Source of the DNA: Ascoidea asiatica JCM 7603
Taxonomy: Eukaryota; Fungi; Ascomycota
DNA length: 64,000 nt
Direction: 5' to 3'
Assembly (NCBI GenBank): GCA_001600695.1
Contig: BCKQ01000001.1
Coordinates: 1,116,732-1,180,731, forward strand
This document shows, piece by piece, positions 23,060-35,716 of this stretch. The notes beneath the pieces were generated by a model that was given only the letters and a program-made list of their open reading frames with translations, searched no databases and was not told the origin of the DNA. The position numbers and the translations under genes are program-made. How positions within the stretch are numbered: position 1 is the first letter of the stretch; every line of letters begins with the position of its first letter.

Positions 23060-25480
23060 ATGAGTCCTCAAGGAAATAACAGTATAAAATTCACAAATGA
23101 AGATATAAGTTTAAATGACTCAAACCGAAATACAAATCAAAATATAAATGGAAACATAAGCATAAATCAGATTTCAAATAAGAACAATTATAAAGATGAA
23201 GATGAGTTATTCACAAAATTAAATAATCAAAATAATATACTATTGGATAAATTATCTAAAATCAAAGATGAAATAAAATCAAATTATATAAAAAATAACA
23301 AAATTAGTCATAATAATAATAACAATAATAATAACAACAATAATAATGAATTAGATATTCAGTTATTGGATCACAACATTTCTCAATCAGTTCTAAAATC
23401 TTTAACAAACTTAAAAGATGAAGAAGATATATCTGATTATCCTTTATTTACTGATAATAATAATAATGATACAAATAATAATTTAAATTATAATCAAAAA
23501 AATGGAAATAATCAAAATAATCAAAATAATCAAAATAATCAAACTCATGCATACTTTAATAAAAATAATAATAATAAAAAAAGTAAACAAGAAAATCTGG
23601 GAGGTTATTTAAGAATTAAAATTAATGATATTTTAATTGATAAATATAAAATTATTAAAAAATTAGGTTGGGGACATTTTGCAACTGTTTGGTTAGCAAA
23701 AGATTTAAAAAATTTAAATTATGTTGCAATAAAAATTGTTAAATCAAATAATCATTATTATGAAACTGCAATTGATGAAATTTCTTTATTAAACTCAATT
23801 TTAAATGTTTCAAAAAATTCTTCAAATCATTTAGGTTCTGACAAAATTATAAAATTATTAAATAATTTTAAAATTAAAAATCATATAGTTATGGTATTTG
23901 AAGTACTTGGAGAAAATTTATTATCTTTAATTAAATTTTATAAAAATAATGGTTTACCTGTTCCTTTAGTTAAACAAATTACAAAACAATTATTATATTC
24001 TTTAGATTATTTACATAGATATTGTGGTATAATTCATACTGACCTTAAACCTGAAAATATACTTTTTCAATTCTCAAATGATCATTTGAATAAAATTATT
24101 AATTTATTTTTATTATTTGATACTTATAAATTCAATAATTTAAAATTAAATTTATTTATCAAAATTTCAAATAATCAAAAAATTAATCAAAATAATTCTT
24201 TATTACAAAAATTATTATTCAATAGCAATAATAATAATAATAATAACCAAAATAATCAAAATAAATATAATTCTGCCTATCAGATTTTACCTTCAAATCC
24301 AATACCTTCTTTTGATAATCTAACTAAGAATATTAATTTAATTTTAGATCAATCTAAATCTAATATCAATCAATTTGAAAGTTCGAATAATATAATATCC
24401 AGTAGTAATAATCATGTTTATCAAAACTATTCTGATAAAATAATAAATATAAAAATAGCTGATCTTGGTAATGCCTGTTGGACTCATAAACATTACACAA
24501 ACGATATTCAAACAAGAGAATATAGAGCTCCAGAAGTTATAATGGCTGGAAATTATGGTTGTTCAACTGATATTTGGTCTTTGGCTTGTTTAATATTCGA
24601 ATTATTAACTGGTGATTATTTATTTGATCCTTCTGAAAATTTACCTTATTTTAATAAAGACCAAGATCATTTAGCTCAAATTATTGAATTATTATCGTTG
24701 AAAAACCCTTTTAAAGATAATGATCTAATACAATTAGTAGAAAATTGTAAAAATTCAATAAAATTTTTTAATTTACATAATTATAGATTAATTAATTTCA
24801 ATTATTCAAATAATCAGCTAAAATTTTGGAATTTAAAAAATGTTCTCGTTGAAAAGTATAAATTTTCAAAAAATGAAGCCTCCCAAATTTCAGATTTTTT
24901 ATTACCAATGTTAGCCTTAAATCCTGATAAAAGAGTAGATGCTGGTGCAATGATAAACCATCCTTGGCTAGAAGATACTTTAGGTTTTGAAAATATATAT
25001 TATGATGAAAGAGAATTATATCAATCAGGGTCTGATATACCTGGTTGGTCATGTCAAATTGGTGCAACCCATAACAGAAGTAACTCCAAACAAACTTATA
25101 GTAATAATAACTCTTTCAATAAAAATAATAATCAAAATCAAAATCATTATAACAATAATAATAATTATAGTAATAATAATAGCAATAATAATAGTAATTA
25201 TAGCAATAATAATAATAACTATAACAATAACAATAATAATAATAGTTATAATAGTAGTAACAATAATAGTAATTCAATCAATAATAATAATAATAATAGC
25301 AATAGTAATGGTTCTTTTAATAACAACTCGAATAGAAATAACTATAACAAAACTCGCTATAATCCAAGGAAAGTGAATTATAACAACAACAACAACAATA
25401 GTAATCCTCCAGAACTGTTTCGTAATGATAATAATTATAATTATTTTAATAGGCATTATTATGCAAATAATGAATATTGA
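23060..25480 (+). CDS. SKY1: SR-protein kinase (SRPK/Sky1 family) with spacer insert and Asn-rich C-tail
   Basis: KLGWGHFATVWLA, VAIK, HTDLKPEN, KIADLGNACW, DIQTREYRAPE, DQDHLAQIIELL. Confidence 0.92.
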   Translation: MSPQGNNSIKFTNEDISLNDSNRNTNQNINGNISINQISNKNNYKDEDELFTKLNNQNNILLDKLSKIKDEIKSNYIKNNKISHNNNNNNNNNNNNELDIQLLDHNISQSVLKSLTNLKDEEDISDYPLFTDNNNNDTNNNLNYNQKNGNNQNNQNNQNNQTHAYFNKNNNNKKSKQENLGGYLRIKINDILIDKYKIIKKLGWGHFATVWLAKDLKNLNYVAIKIVKSNNHYYETAIDEISLLNSILNVSKNSSNHLGSDKIIKLLNNFKIKNHIVMVFEVLGENLLSLIKFYKNNGLPVPLVKQITKQLLYSLDYLHRYCGIIHTDLKPENILFQFSNDHLNKIINLFLLFDTYKFNNLKLNLFIKISNNQKINQNNSLLQKLLFNSNNNNNNNQNNQNKYNSAYQILPSNPIPSFDNLTKNINLILDQSKSNINQFESSNNIISSSNNHVYQNYSDKIINIKIADLGNACWTHKHYTNDIQTREYRAPEVIMAGNYGCSTDIWSLACLIFELLTGDYLFDPSENLPYFNKDQDHLAQIIELLSLKNPFKDNDLIQLVENCKNSIKFFNLHNYRLINFNYSNNQLKFWNLKNVLVEKYKFSKNEASQISDFLLPMLALNPDKRVDAGAMINHPWLEDTLGFENIYYDERELYQSGSDIPGWSCQIGATHNRSNSKQTYSNNNSFNKNNNQNQNHYNNNNNYSNNNSNNNSNYSNNNNNYNNNNNNNSYNSSNNNSNSINNNNNNSNSNGSFNNNSNRNNYNKTRYNPRKVNYNNNNNNSNPPELFRNDNNYNYFNRHYYANNEY

Positions 25481-26136
25481 TCTTGGTGAAACGAACGATA
25501 TAGCTAGTTCCTCCAAAAAGTCAAAGGTTTAGATCAACAATACATTAGTTTAGTATTTCATATCCAGTATATCATATTTTATATCTTATATCACATATTG
25601 CATATTGCATATTTTATATTTCATATTTCATATTTCTCTTATTTCATATATCTTATTTTCTTTCATTTTCATTTCAAAAAATGCATATACTTTTTTGTGT
25701 TTCATTTTTTTTTCTTTTCTAGAGTTGTTTTTATCAAAACTCTTATTTTTTTGTAACTTAATTTAACTAAAATCTTTATTTCTGTTCATTTTCTTCTATT
25801 ATCTTTGCTTATTTTCAACCTACAGTTAATAAAATTAATTTCCTATCATGTTTTTATCTTTAGAAAAGTTTTGATTTGCATTTTTTTTTTAATTAAGTTT
25901 CACTAAAAAAGTTTCTTTTGATTTTAATTAATTTTACAAATATAAGTGAAGCATAATATTTTATTCGATAATGGTTATCGATTTTTGAGATAACTTTTAA
26001 AAAGCGCATTTTTTTTTTAAAATCATGAATAGATATATTTTAAAGTGTTACAATACTGAAATGATATTAAATGTAGGTATATAAACTAATATTAGAGAAT
26101 GAAAAAAGAAAGGAAAGAAGAAAGTTTTAACATAAA

Positions 26137-29100
26137 TTAACGTCTATTCTTTCTCTTAGAGCTTTTAGAGGTTGTCCATTCTGAGTCATCATCCTTTGAA
26201 TCAGGATCTGCTCTCAAAGCTTCATCCCAATCAACTATAATATTTGATACCTTTTCAACGTTTTTTCTTCTCTTAATAAATTCCTCAGCGAATCTTCTTC
26301 CATTGAGAGTCATAGAAGATGAATAAATAGAATCACTAATTAAATCCCTTGAGGAATTATCAGCAGGCAAAGTAAAGAAAATTTTCAATAAATCATCCTT
26401 TTTAACGTTTTTATTTAAATCATGCAATTCAGATCTACACCAAGATAAAAAGTCTCTTTTTAATCTAGAAGAATTTACTTGATTTCCAAGTGCTTGCACT
26501 TTTACCGGTGCAGCAGAAACAGCTCTAAGAACATCAGGAGTGTTAGGTTTAGATTGACTACTATTAGTAATTTTAGTAGGAGGAGGTTTGGAAGTAACTG
26601 ATTTTTTATTTGAATTAACAACTGTCCATTTAGAAGGAGTTGATGAAGAAATAGCAGATGCAAAAGATGCTTTTTTAGCAGAAGCTTTTGAACTTACAAG
26701 AGTTGAAATAGCCTTAGCTTTTGCTGCAGCGGCTTCTTCTCTTTGAATATCAGCTAACGTTTTCTTAACTGGAGCAGATGAGGATGTTACATTCCATCCA
26801 ATTGGAGCCGATTTTGCAGCCTTTTTAGAAGAGGCTTCCTCTGCAATTATCTGCTGAACAAATTGTTTATTTTTGGATTCAATTTCTTTTTCCTGTTCTT
26901 TCAATTCCTTTTGCTTTTTAGCAGCCTCAATTTCTTGGATTTCTTTCAAGGATTTTGGAGGAACTTTAGCTGGTTTTGTGACTGCAGCCCAAGGAGCTAA
27001 TTTTGGTTTAGTTTCAACAGGTAATGATTGTTCTGGAGTTTTGATTTCAGCTGTTGTAACAGTAGTGGTTATAGAATCAGTGACAATTTCAGGTTTTGGT
27101 TCTTTTGAAACATCTTTAGTGTCTTTTGCTACTTTGACTTCTGCTGGCTTAATATCTGGCTGAATAGATGGTTGAGTATCGATCTGATTCTTCGAACCAA
27201 GATTTCTTAATAAATCATGAACAGCTTGAGATGAAGAAGTTGAACTGGACCTTTCAATTTTAACAGCAGTAGGTGGCTGATCGAATCCACCATTTATTAA
27301 TTCATCTTGAGTTAAAGAATTAAGACTTGGTTGACTTGCTAAACCTGAAATAGCATAATCATCATCATTTATAACATTATGAATTTGATTTAAAATATGC
27401 TCTGTTTCTATATTATTATTATTATTATTATTGGCAGTAGTATTAGCAGTACCAATACTAATATTTTGTATATTTGAAGGAATTGGAGAATTTCTTTGTT
27501 GTAATTGAGAATGAATATTTGTTAATGAAGATAATGAAGCATGTAATGATGAAGGAGTATTTGAAAGAGATCTAGAATCGCTATTATCAATGATATTATT
27601 ATTTGAAAAAAATTGAGATTGATTTCTTGAAGATGAAGGAATATTATTGATTGTAGTATTAGAAATGAAATCTCTAGTTGTTGCTTGAGAAGCATTTGTT
27701 AGAGAAGCAACATTCCAACTTTGAGCAATTGGAGTTAAAGTTTGATGAAAAGTTGGAATTGAAGATGTTAACCAACTTGTTACAGGTTGACCTGTACCTG
27801 TGAAGGAATTATTCATTTGTTGGTTATTATTCAAAGAATTATTATAATATTGATTTTGATTTTGCATTTGATTTTGCATTTGCATTTGCATTTGATTTTG
27901 ATTTTGATTATTTTGGTTTTGATTAGGTTGAATATGAATTTGAAGATGAGGTGGAGGTGGAATTTGAGGTTGATTTGATTGAATTTGAGGTAAGGGTACT
28001 AAGAAAGGTTCATTAAAATTATTAATTTGTAAACAAAAATCATTTAAGGTCCTAAAATTAGATTCTTGAGAAGTTCTAACTCTTAAATCTTGACTCAAGT
28101 AATTTGCTTTATACCAAGTATTCATCATATTACCATCAAATGGACCTTGTTCTTGATTTGAAGGATCAAGATAATACCATTTAATTTGATTTGGTTGTAA
28201 AAGAATTTGAGTATTTTGAATTGGAGGAGTTGGAGTATGAGATAAATGTTGCAAAGAAGATTGATTAGATAGATGAGGAGAATCATTGATATTATCCATT
28301 GAATTAGGATAAGCATTAATTGAAGAATTTAACGGTGATCTTAAGAAATCCAAAGGATTATTATTATTATTATTTTGCTGAGATTGATCAGTTTGAGTTT
28401 GAGATTGAGATTGGGATTGAGATTGATTATTATCAATAAGTGGAGAATTTAAAGAATTATTATAATTTATTGAATTAGATAAACTATTTGATAAAGAATT
28501 GTTTAAATTTAAATTTAAGTTAATTTTATTTTTAATTTTATTTTTTAATTTTAGATTCTTATTCGAATCTGCAGTTAAAGTATTTAAAGCAATTGAAGTA
28601 AAATTATCTTGAGTAGAAGTTGCGGTATTTGGAGTATTTAAAGAAGTTTGATTATTATTTGAATCTAATAGTAAAGAAGTTGTTTTTATATTTGAATTTG
28701 AAGATAAAATTGGAGTTGAAGATTGATTATTTGAATTGATTGAATTCAAAGGTGGAGAAGTAATGTCATTACTTTTGTTATTATTGTTATTAAATGAATC
28801 ATTGTCTCTTGGGGATAATAAAGAATTTAAATTTGATAAAATATTTGCAGATAATAAAGCCGGAGTTGTTGGAGATTTAGCAAAAGAAGCAGTCCATGGA
28901 GTATTATCAGGATCATTGAATTTTAAATCATCGAATCTTTTTTCAATTTGATTTGTATCTAAAGTTAAATTGTTTTTATTTTTACCATTTGGAGATTTTG
29001 AAAAACGAGCAGATCTTGGAGTATTTAATCTTGATTTATGATTTGAAGATTGTGGAGTTTTTAAAGAGTTGTTGTTATTCAGAGGAGTTGATAGGGATTT

Positions 29101-29988
29101 TTGATTTTGAGATTGATTTGAATTTAAAGAAGAATTTGAAACTTTAATTGATAAACTATGCTTATTTTTTGGATTTGAATTGGAATTTGAATTTGAATTT
29201 GAATTTGAATTTGAATTTGAATCTTGATCTGTAGTAGACGGGATAGAATTAGATTGATCGGATTCATTCTTTTGGATATTTTGATGAGTATCATTTGAAT
29301 CATTTTTATCAAAAGATTTTGACTTTGATTTTGAAGTATCTATATCTTTATCTTTATCTTTTTCATTATCATTATCATTATCAGTTGGATGAATATTAAT
29401 TGTTGGATTATTTAGAATACCATTTAAATAATAATTATCATTTGAAAGCTTCAAATTTAAATCATTTGATAAATTTAAAAATTGATAATGTAATGGAGAA
29501 TTATTTGCTTTATTATTTTCAATATAATCTAAATTTAAAGGAGAGTTAGAATTTGAATTAATTAAAGATAATTTATTATTTTTTTTTAAATCATTATAAA
29601 TTTTAAATAAATCATTTATTTCATATTTTAATTTTTTTGAATTTTTATTTGGTAATAACAAACTAATATCAATTTGAGTAGATTGTTGAAGTTTACTTGG
29701 TTTAAATTTATTACTAGGAGAATTTTGATTTTGATTTTGATTTTGATTTTGGTTTGGGCTATTTTGATTTTGGTTTTGATTATTTTGATTGTTATTCAAA
29801 TTGCTTGTTGATCTTGGATGCATCCTAATTTAAAGAAAGATAAATAAAAAAGATAAGTTAGTAAAATTGTGTTTGAATGAAAAAAAAAATACTAAAATTT
29901 GAATAAAGTGAGAGATAGATACATACCAAGTTGGTCCAAAAGATAGTTTTGCAGTTGGAGTTGAAGAATTTGAAGAATTTTGAGACAT
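26137..29988 (-). CDS. GYF-domain protein (Smy2/Syh1, GIGYF family); two exons, 29988-29927 and 29824-26137
   Basis: GYF domain WYYLDPSNQEQGPFD..MMNTWYKANYL; LAPWAA and SLKEIQ repeats; C-terminal DFLSWCR...RRFAEEFIKRR. Exon 1 (MSQNSSNSSTPTAKLSFGPT + TG) splices in frame to G-ATG-CAT. Confidence 0.9.
29825..29926 (-). other. Spliceosomal intron (102 nt, phase 2)
   Basis: 5' splice site GTATGT (29926-29921), branch point TACTAAC (29863-29857), pyrimidine tract, 3' splice site TAG (29827-29825). Splicing restores a TGG codon in frame. Confidence 0.92.
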
Positions 29989-31599
29989 TGTAAAGTTAGA
30001 ATTTTTTAATAGAGTCAATGAAGAATTAATTGATTAGAATGAAAGATTAATGAACTAATTTGAAAATAATGAATTAACGAAATAATGAGTTAAAGAGTTA
30101 ATGAATTAATGAGATAATTAAGTGATGACTTGATGAATTAATGAGAATATTGCTTTTAGGAAAGATAATTAATATAAAATAATGATAGATTTAGATATAG
30201 AGATTATTCAATATTATTCGAATAGATATTGAGATTGAGATTTGAATTGAGATTTGAATTGAAAATACTAAAAATATTTTTTGAAAAAAAAAGAATATAG
30301 AAAAGTGAGTGTTGTTTGAAAAGAGTATAAACTGAATACCGGTTTCACACTCTGTCCGCGGTGGTGGTAACGGTAACAGTGAAAGTACTCGCTCGCGAGC
30401 TTCAGCTGCAGCGAAAATTTGCTGCTGGAACGCAAAAAGATTCAGCAAGAGAGGTCAGATGATCAAACACGTGAGTATTTTACTTTTTTGTAATTATGTA
30501 ATATCAGCTGACTTGGACCAGGGACACATAACCACTGGGTTTCCGCGGTTTTTTCTGTTGTGTTTCCTTCTGTTTCCGTGCATTCCGACTAAGTCACGCT
30601 TCATCTGCGGGCCCGAGGTCTGAGGCAGGGGCTGACCGGCAGAACCGGGACTTTCTTGGTTTTTCTGGGCTACTTTGGGCCAGCCGGGACAGCAGGACTC
30701 AAGAAGCAGGGCAGAAAAGTATATGGGACGCGCCGTCCTGGATTCAGTCTGCAACCCTTTTAGGTTGGCTGAACACAGAACAAGAACAAAACAAGGTCAA
30801 AACAAGGGCAAAAAAAAAGAAAGAATCCTGCAAATCTGTTTACAATGATTGAGTATTTTAATAAAAGCTCATTTTTTAATTCTATTTCTATTCTGTTTCT
30901 ACTGTTGCTTGTAAAACAGTTTTCTTTAACCGGTTATTTTTTAGATTTTAAACTTTTTCTGTAAAACAAGCTTTTCTAGAATAAGTTTTCCTTTTTATTT
31001 GACCTAATTATTTTATTATCTCAAATCTAAGATACTGTTACTCTTAGCACTGATAGATATCATGTCATTCAAAAATCATCATCCTATCTAAACTAGCATT
31101 TTGAATTTAATCACCCTTTGAAATTTACCTTTTTTCCCTCTAAAATGTTTCAATCATTCATGATCTCAGTTTGTATCCTAGGTTTTTGGGTACCTAAATA
31201 AAAATGAATCAAAGATATATCATTTTTCGACCTTTGTTTTTTGAAAATAATTTGACCATATAAATATAGCTCTTTTTCATCTATTTCATATGATTTTATT
31301 ATCTTTTTTTTTTTTTTTTTCATCTTTTCATCTTTTTCAATAAGGAAAACTATTTACAAGCATAATCATATATATATCACAATAAAAATAGATTTTATAA
31401 AAATTCTTTAAAAATCAAACATCTTAAAAGAATACATCTTATAATCATATACCTTTAATACACTCAAATAAATCTTAATTTATTATTATACATTTAAAAT
31501 GACTTATTTATTTTTAATTATAGCTTTCTTCATTTTATGTGTGTTTTCCAATGTTCATTATCAAACAATAGCTGCTCATAGATATATTCTTCCAGATTT

Positions 31600-31680
31600 A
31601 TAATTAATAATTAATAATTAATAATTAATAATTAATAATTAATAATTAATAATTAATAATCAATAATTAAGAATAATTAA
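31600..31680. repeat. (ATAATTA)n heptamer tandem repeat
   Basis: About 8-9 perfect units then degenerate copies, downstream of VHR1. Confidence 0.9.
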
Positions 31681-31905
31681 TGCTATCACGATTAATGAAT
31701 TAATATATCCTGCTATATCCTATTATATACCATATTATGAATCCCATTATGTATATATTCTGCTAAATGTCTCTCACTTCCTTAATGATCAAAAACTATT
31801 CCTAATCTAATAATCATATCCACTCACATCAATTGTTTAAATTTTCTTATTTTTTTTTTTTTTTGGTTTCTTCTGGTTTTTTGCTTGCTAATATCCAATG
31901 TTCAA

Positions 31906-34900
31906 TTATAATAATGGTTGAAAATGTGGTCTAACATATCTTCTATTTCTATCCTTTTCCCCATATATAAACCCATTTCCAATATTTCCTAAATTCCCTA
32001 AATTATTCATATTATTTATATTTCCCATATTTCTTTTATTTTTCATACTTTGAATATATATATTATCATTTATACTTTGATTTGGAATTTCTTCCATATT
32101 ATAATCATATCTATCATATCTATTAAATGAATGTAATTCACTTATACTTGTATATGGGTTCTTTCTTTCAATATCATTACTAATATTATTACTAATATTA
32201 CCATATATATGACTATTACTATTACTATTCATACCATTAAAATTATTATTTTTGTTACTTTCGCTGCATTCACTTTGTTCCATATTTACATCTTCTTCCT
32301 TATTATTATCATCACTATTATTGAAATCACCAATATTTTTATTACTATCAAATATAATTAATTCTAATTCAATTTCATCTCTTCTTTCAAATATTTTAAC
32401 AATATCATAATCATCTTTTAAATATCTAACCTTTTTACAATCTTCTTTGAAATCTTTATCTTGCAAATCTTTTATCATTATAACTCGATTTTTATCATCA
32501 TTCACTGGTATATTAAATGCACTTGTTCCATTATTAATTAATTCTAAATATGTAGGAGGTACTGAATTATTTCCTTGAAAACTAAAATAAATAATTTTAT
32601 CATCAAATCTTATACTAACAATTTTACTATCTGGTCTTTTTAATGTACTTAATGTTGTTGCTAAACTTGTTATTTCTTTATTTTGTTCATTATTACTATT
32701 ATTATTATGATTGCTTGAATTAGATTCATTTCTTTTCATAATCTCACTAATACGACTTCTACCACTATTATTCCTATTACTATTACCATTCTTATCATCA
32801 AAATTACTATAATAATTACTGATATTAATACCGTTATTGTTAGTATGATTGTTATTATTATGAGAATAGCCTCTAGAAGTCATATTATTTGAAATTAATG
32901 GAAAATCCCTAATTAAAATTTCATGAAATATTTCACTCAAGGGTTTTAAGATTGAATCAAATCCAAAATCTTTTATACTTGAACCAATCATTAGATATAA
33001 TGAATTTGCTGCAATTTTATCTTCTAATAATTGAATATCTGGAGATTTATCTAATGTTTTTAAAATTTTGGATAAATTAAAATCATTTGTTAATTTTAAC
33101 CTAATATATTCAATTGATGATAATTTGATATTGATAAAATTTTTTTCAATAACAATTGAAATAATTATTGGAATTATAAATTTTCCAATAAATTTTAAAT
33201 TTTCATTTTCATTCAAACTTGAATTATCTATATCTAAATCATTTTTATTAAAATTTCTTACACATTCATTTAAAGTTTTTGATTTTTGAAATAAAGTTAA
33301 TAATTGAGTTTGTGCCATAGTAGCAGTTAAAGATATTTTCCCAGCGATTTCTAAAGAAGAAATTGAAGGTAATTTAATTTCTGATTTATTTTTTTGAACA
33401 TTATTTATGTTATTGATATGATTCATTTGACTTATTTGATTTATAGGATTTATATGATTCAATGAATTGAAATGGTTAATATGATTGACTTGATTGGTAG
33501 CTGAAATTGTTGTAATTTTTGTTGTACTTGTTGTTTTGATTTCATTATTTAACTGATTACCTTTTCTACTTTTACTTTGATTAATATCTTGATCTTGAAT
33601 TTCATTACGATCATCATTATTGTTGGTGATATTATTAGTATTATTTATAGTTCTGGTTTTGGTAGTTTTAACTTGAGATTTAATTTTAGTTGTAATTATT
33701 GGATTATTTAAATCGGGATTAATTATTGAGGAAATCGTAAGGTTTGATTTATCATTATCTGATAATTTCTTTCTTTTATTGTAATTATTATTGTTACTAT
33801 GTATCGTATTACTGCTAATATCATTTTCATCATCATCATCATTACTATTATCATTACTATTATTATTACTATTAGTAGTGGTGGTAGTAGTAATAGTGGT
33901 ATTGTGATTATTATTATTATCCTTTTCATTAGTTGAAGTATCAAAATAATCATTTGAAGACGATAAATCAGTAATTTTTGTGAATTCATTCAAAATATTT
34001 AGATTCAAATTCGAAATTGAGTTTGGATTTAATAAGTTGCTGTTTAAGTTATTACCATTGTTATTATTGATACTACTGATATTATTATTATTGTTATTAT
34101 TATTATTATTACTATAGTTAAAGTTATAATATTTTGGTTTTTCAATTTCATTTTGATTATTAATGGTTAGGAATTTTGAACCTAGATTCTGATCGAAATT
34201 ATTAACGCTATTAATATTATTAAAGTGATTGAAATTAGTATTAATAGTATTGGGAATATTAGCTAAAAGTAAAGGATTTATGGGACTATTCAATAAAAAA
34301 TCATTTGAATGACTATTATTTAGATTATTACTTAAATTATTATTTAGGTTGGGATTTAAATTCGGATTTGAATTGGTATTTAAATTAGGATTTAGGTTGG
34401 AATTTAGGTTGTTATTGAAATTAGAATTGATGTGATCATTATTATTTAAAATTGAGTCATTACCATAAGTTGGATTCAAACTTAAGAAAGACTTGGTAAT
34501 ATTTTTCAGTCGATGCCTATGCTTATGACGACGCTGATTGTTGTTACTATTATTATTATCATTGTTATAGGGAATAGATTTGAATTTTTTGAATTTTGAG
34601 TTATCATCACCTTCTAATAAAATGAAATTATTTTCAGATATATTTTCATTAATATGCTCATGGAAATTTTCATGTATGTTTTCATGGATATTTTTATTAA
34701 TATTATTACAAATGTTTCGGTTTATATGTACATTAATATTTTCATCGATATTATTATTATTATTATTACTATTATTATTATTGTTATTATTATGGTTATC
34801 AGGTGGAATATCATTATGAATATTATTCTGAATATTATGATGGATGCCATTATGAATATTATTATGAATATTACTGTGAATTTCATTATGTATATTATTT

Positions 34901-35361
34901 ATGATTTCATTATTATTAAGAGTATTGAAATGAGTATTGATATTGAATTGATCATCAAAAGAAAAAGATAATTTTCTCTTATTTTTTGAACTTCTTTTTC
35001 TATTTCTTCTAACTGATTGAATTGCAGCCCTTACTAATTTATCGAAATCATTTAGATGAGATTCATTATAATTAAATTCAATTCTTAAAGTATTTGCAAC
35101 TTTGCTAATTTCTTCATCTTGTTCACTTGCTTTTTTTGAAGATAAATCTAGAGCGTCTATTAGCTCTAATCGTCTTGCAGAAAATTTTTTCCAAGATCTA
35201 TCATCATTGAAGTTCAACTTATCTCTTATTTTCTTAGTTACTCCTGTAGAATTATTTGAAGTTGAAGATGAAGAAGTTGAATTGGAAGAGGATGTTAATG
35301 GCAAAGAAGTAGATTGATTGATTGATGAAAAACTTATGTTAGGATTATTAAGATTGTTCAT
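31906..35361 (-). CDS. VHR1: Vhr1-family transcription factor
   Basis: N-terminal VHR domain: GVTKKIRDKLNFNDDRSWKKFSARRLELID...SEQDEEI...FDKLVRAAIQSVRRNRKRS. Confidence 0.9.
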   Translation of the reverse strand: MNNLNNPNISFSSINQSTSLPLTSSSNSTSSSSTSNNSTGVTKKIRDKLNFNDDRSWKKFSARRLELIDALDLSSKKASEQDEEISKVANTLRIEFNYNESHLNDFDKLVRAAIQSVRRNRKRSSKNKRKLSFSFDDQFNINTHFNTLNNNEIINNIHNEIHSNIHNNIHNGIHHNIQNNIHNDIPPDNHNNNNNNNSNNNNNNIDENINVHINRNICNNINKNIHENIHENFHEHINENISENNFILLEGDDNSKFKKFKSIPYNNDNNNSNNNQRRHKHRHRLKNITKSFLSLNPTYGNDSILNNNDHINSNFNNNLNSNLNPNLNTNSNPNLNPNLNNNLSNNLNNSHSNDFLLNSPINPLLLANIPNTINTNFNHFNNINSVNNFDQNLGSKFLTINNQNEIEKPKYYNFNYSNNNNNNNNNNISSINNNNGNNLNSNLLNPNSISNLNLNILNEFTKITDLSSSNDYFDTSTNEKDNNNNHNTTITTTTTTNSNNNSNDNSNDDDDENDISSNTIHSNNNNYNKRKKLSDNDKSNLTISSIINPDLNNPIITTKIKSQVKTTKTRTINNTNNITNNNDDRNEIQDQDINQSKSRKGNQLNNEIKTTSTTKITTISATNQVNHINHFNSLNHINPINQISQMNHINNINNVQKNKSEIKLPSISSLEIAGKISLTATMAQTQLLTLFQKSKTLNECVRNFNKNDLDIDNSSLNENENLKFIGKFIIPIIISIVIEKNFINIKLSSIEYIRLKLTNDFNLSKILKTLDKSPDIQLLEDKIAANSLYLMIGSSIKDFGFDSILKPLSEIFHEILIRDFPLISNNMTSRGYSHNNNNHTNNNGINISNYYSNFDDKNGNSNRNNSGRSRISEIMKRNESNSSNHNNNSNNEQNKEITSLATTLSTLKRPDSKIVSIRFDDKIIYFSFQGNNSVPPTYLELINNGTSAFNIPVNDDKNRVIMIKDLQDKDFKEDCKKVRYLKDDYDIVKIFERRDEIELELIIFDSNKNIGDFNNSDDNNKEEDVNMEQSECSESNKNNNFNGMNSNSNSHIYGNISNNISNDIERKNPYTSISELHSFNRYDRYDYNMEEIPNQSINDNIYIQSMKNKRNMGNINNMNNLGNLGNIGNGFIYGEKDRNRRYVRPHFQPLL

Positions 35362-35716
35362 TTTGAGATTGAAATTTAAGTAAAAATTATGATTATTTTT
35401 CTATTCATTTAAAAAGGCGTTTGATTATTTTGTTACCCCCAGCACTTTAGTTTTGATTATACTGTTATTTGATCTGATTAGATATGATATGTTATGCTAT
35501 CAAAATAAACTAAAAAATATTAAAACAATATCAGAAAATCTAAAAAGAAATGAAAATACTAAGATGAAATTATTCAAACTTATTGCCCAATTTTTAGTAA
35601 AATCTCATCTGGCGGTTAGTCAAGGTATTAAATATCAGAGACTTCAAATACATCAAATATGTTTCTTAGTCACAATCAAGACTAGGAATCGGACGTTTCA
35701 GTAAGTTGAATCCTAA

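Noticed and set aside
30191-30754. ORFs of 85-86 aa in the GC island upstream of the GIGYF gene
   Set aside because: Non-ATG starts and island-derived.
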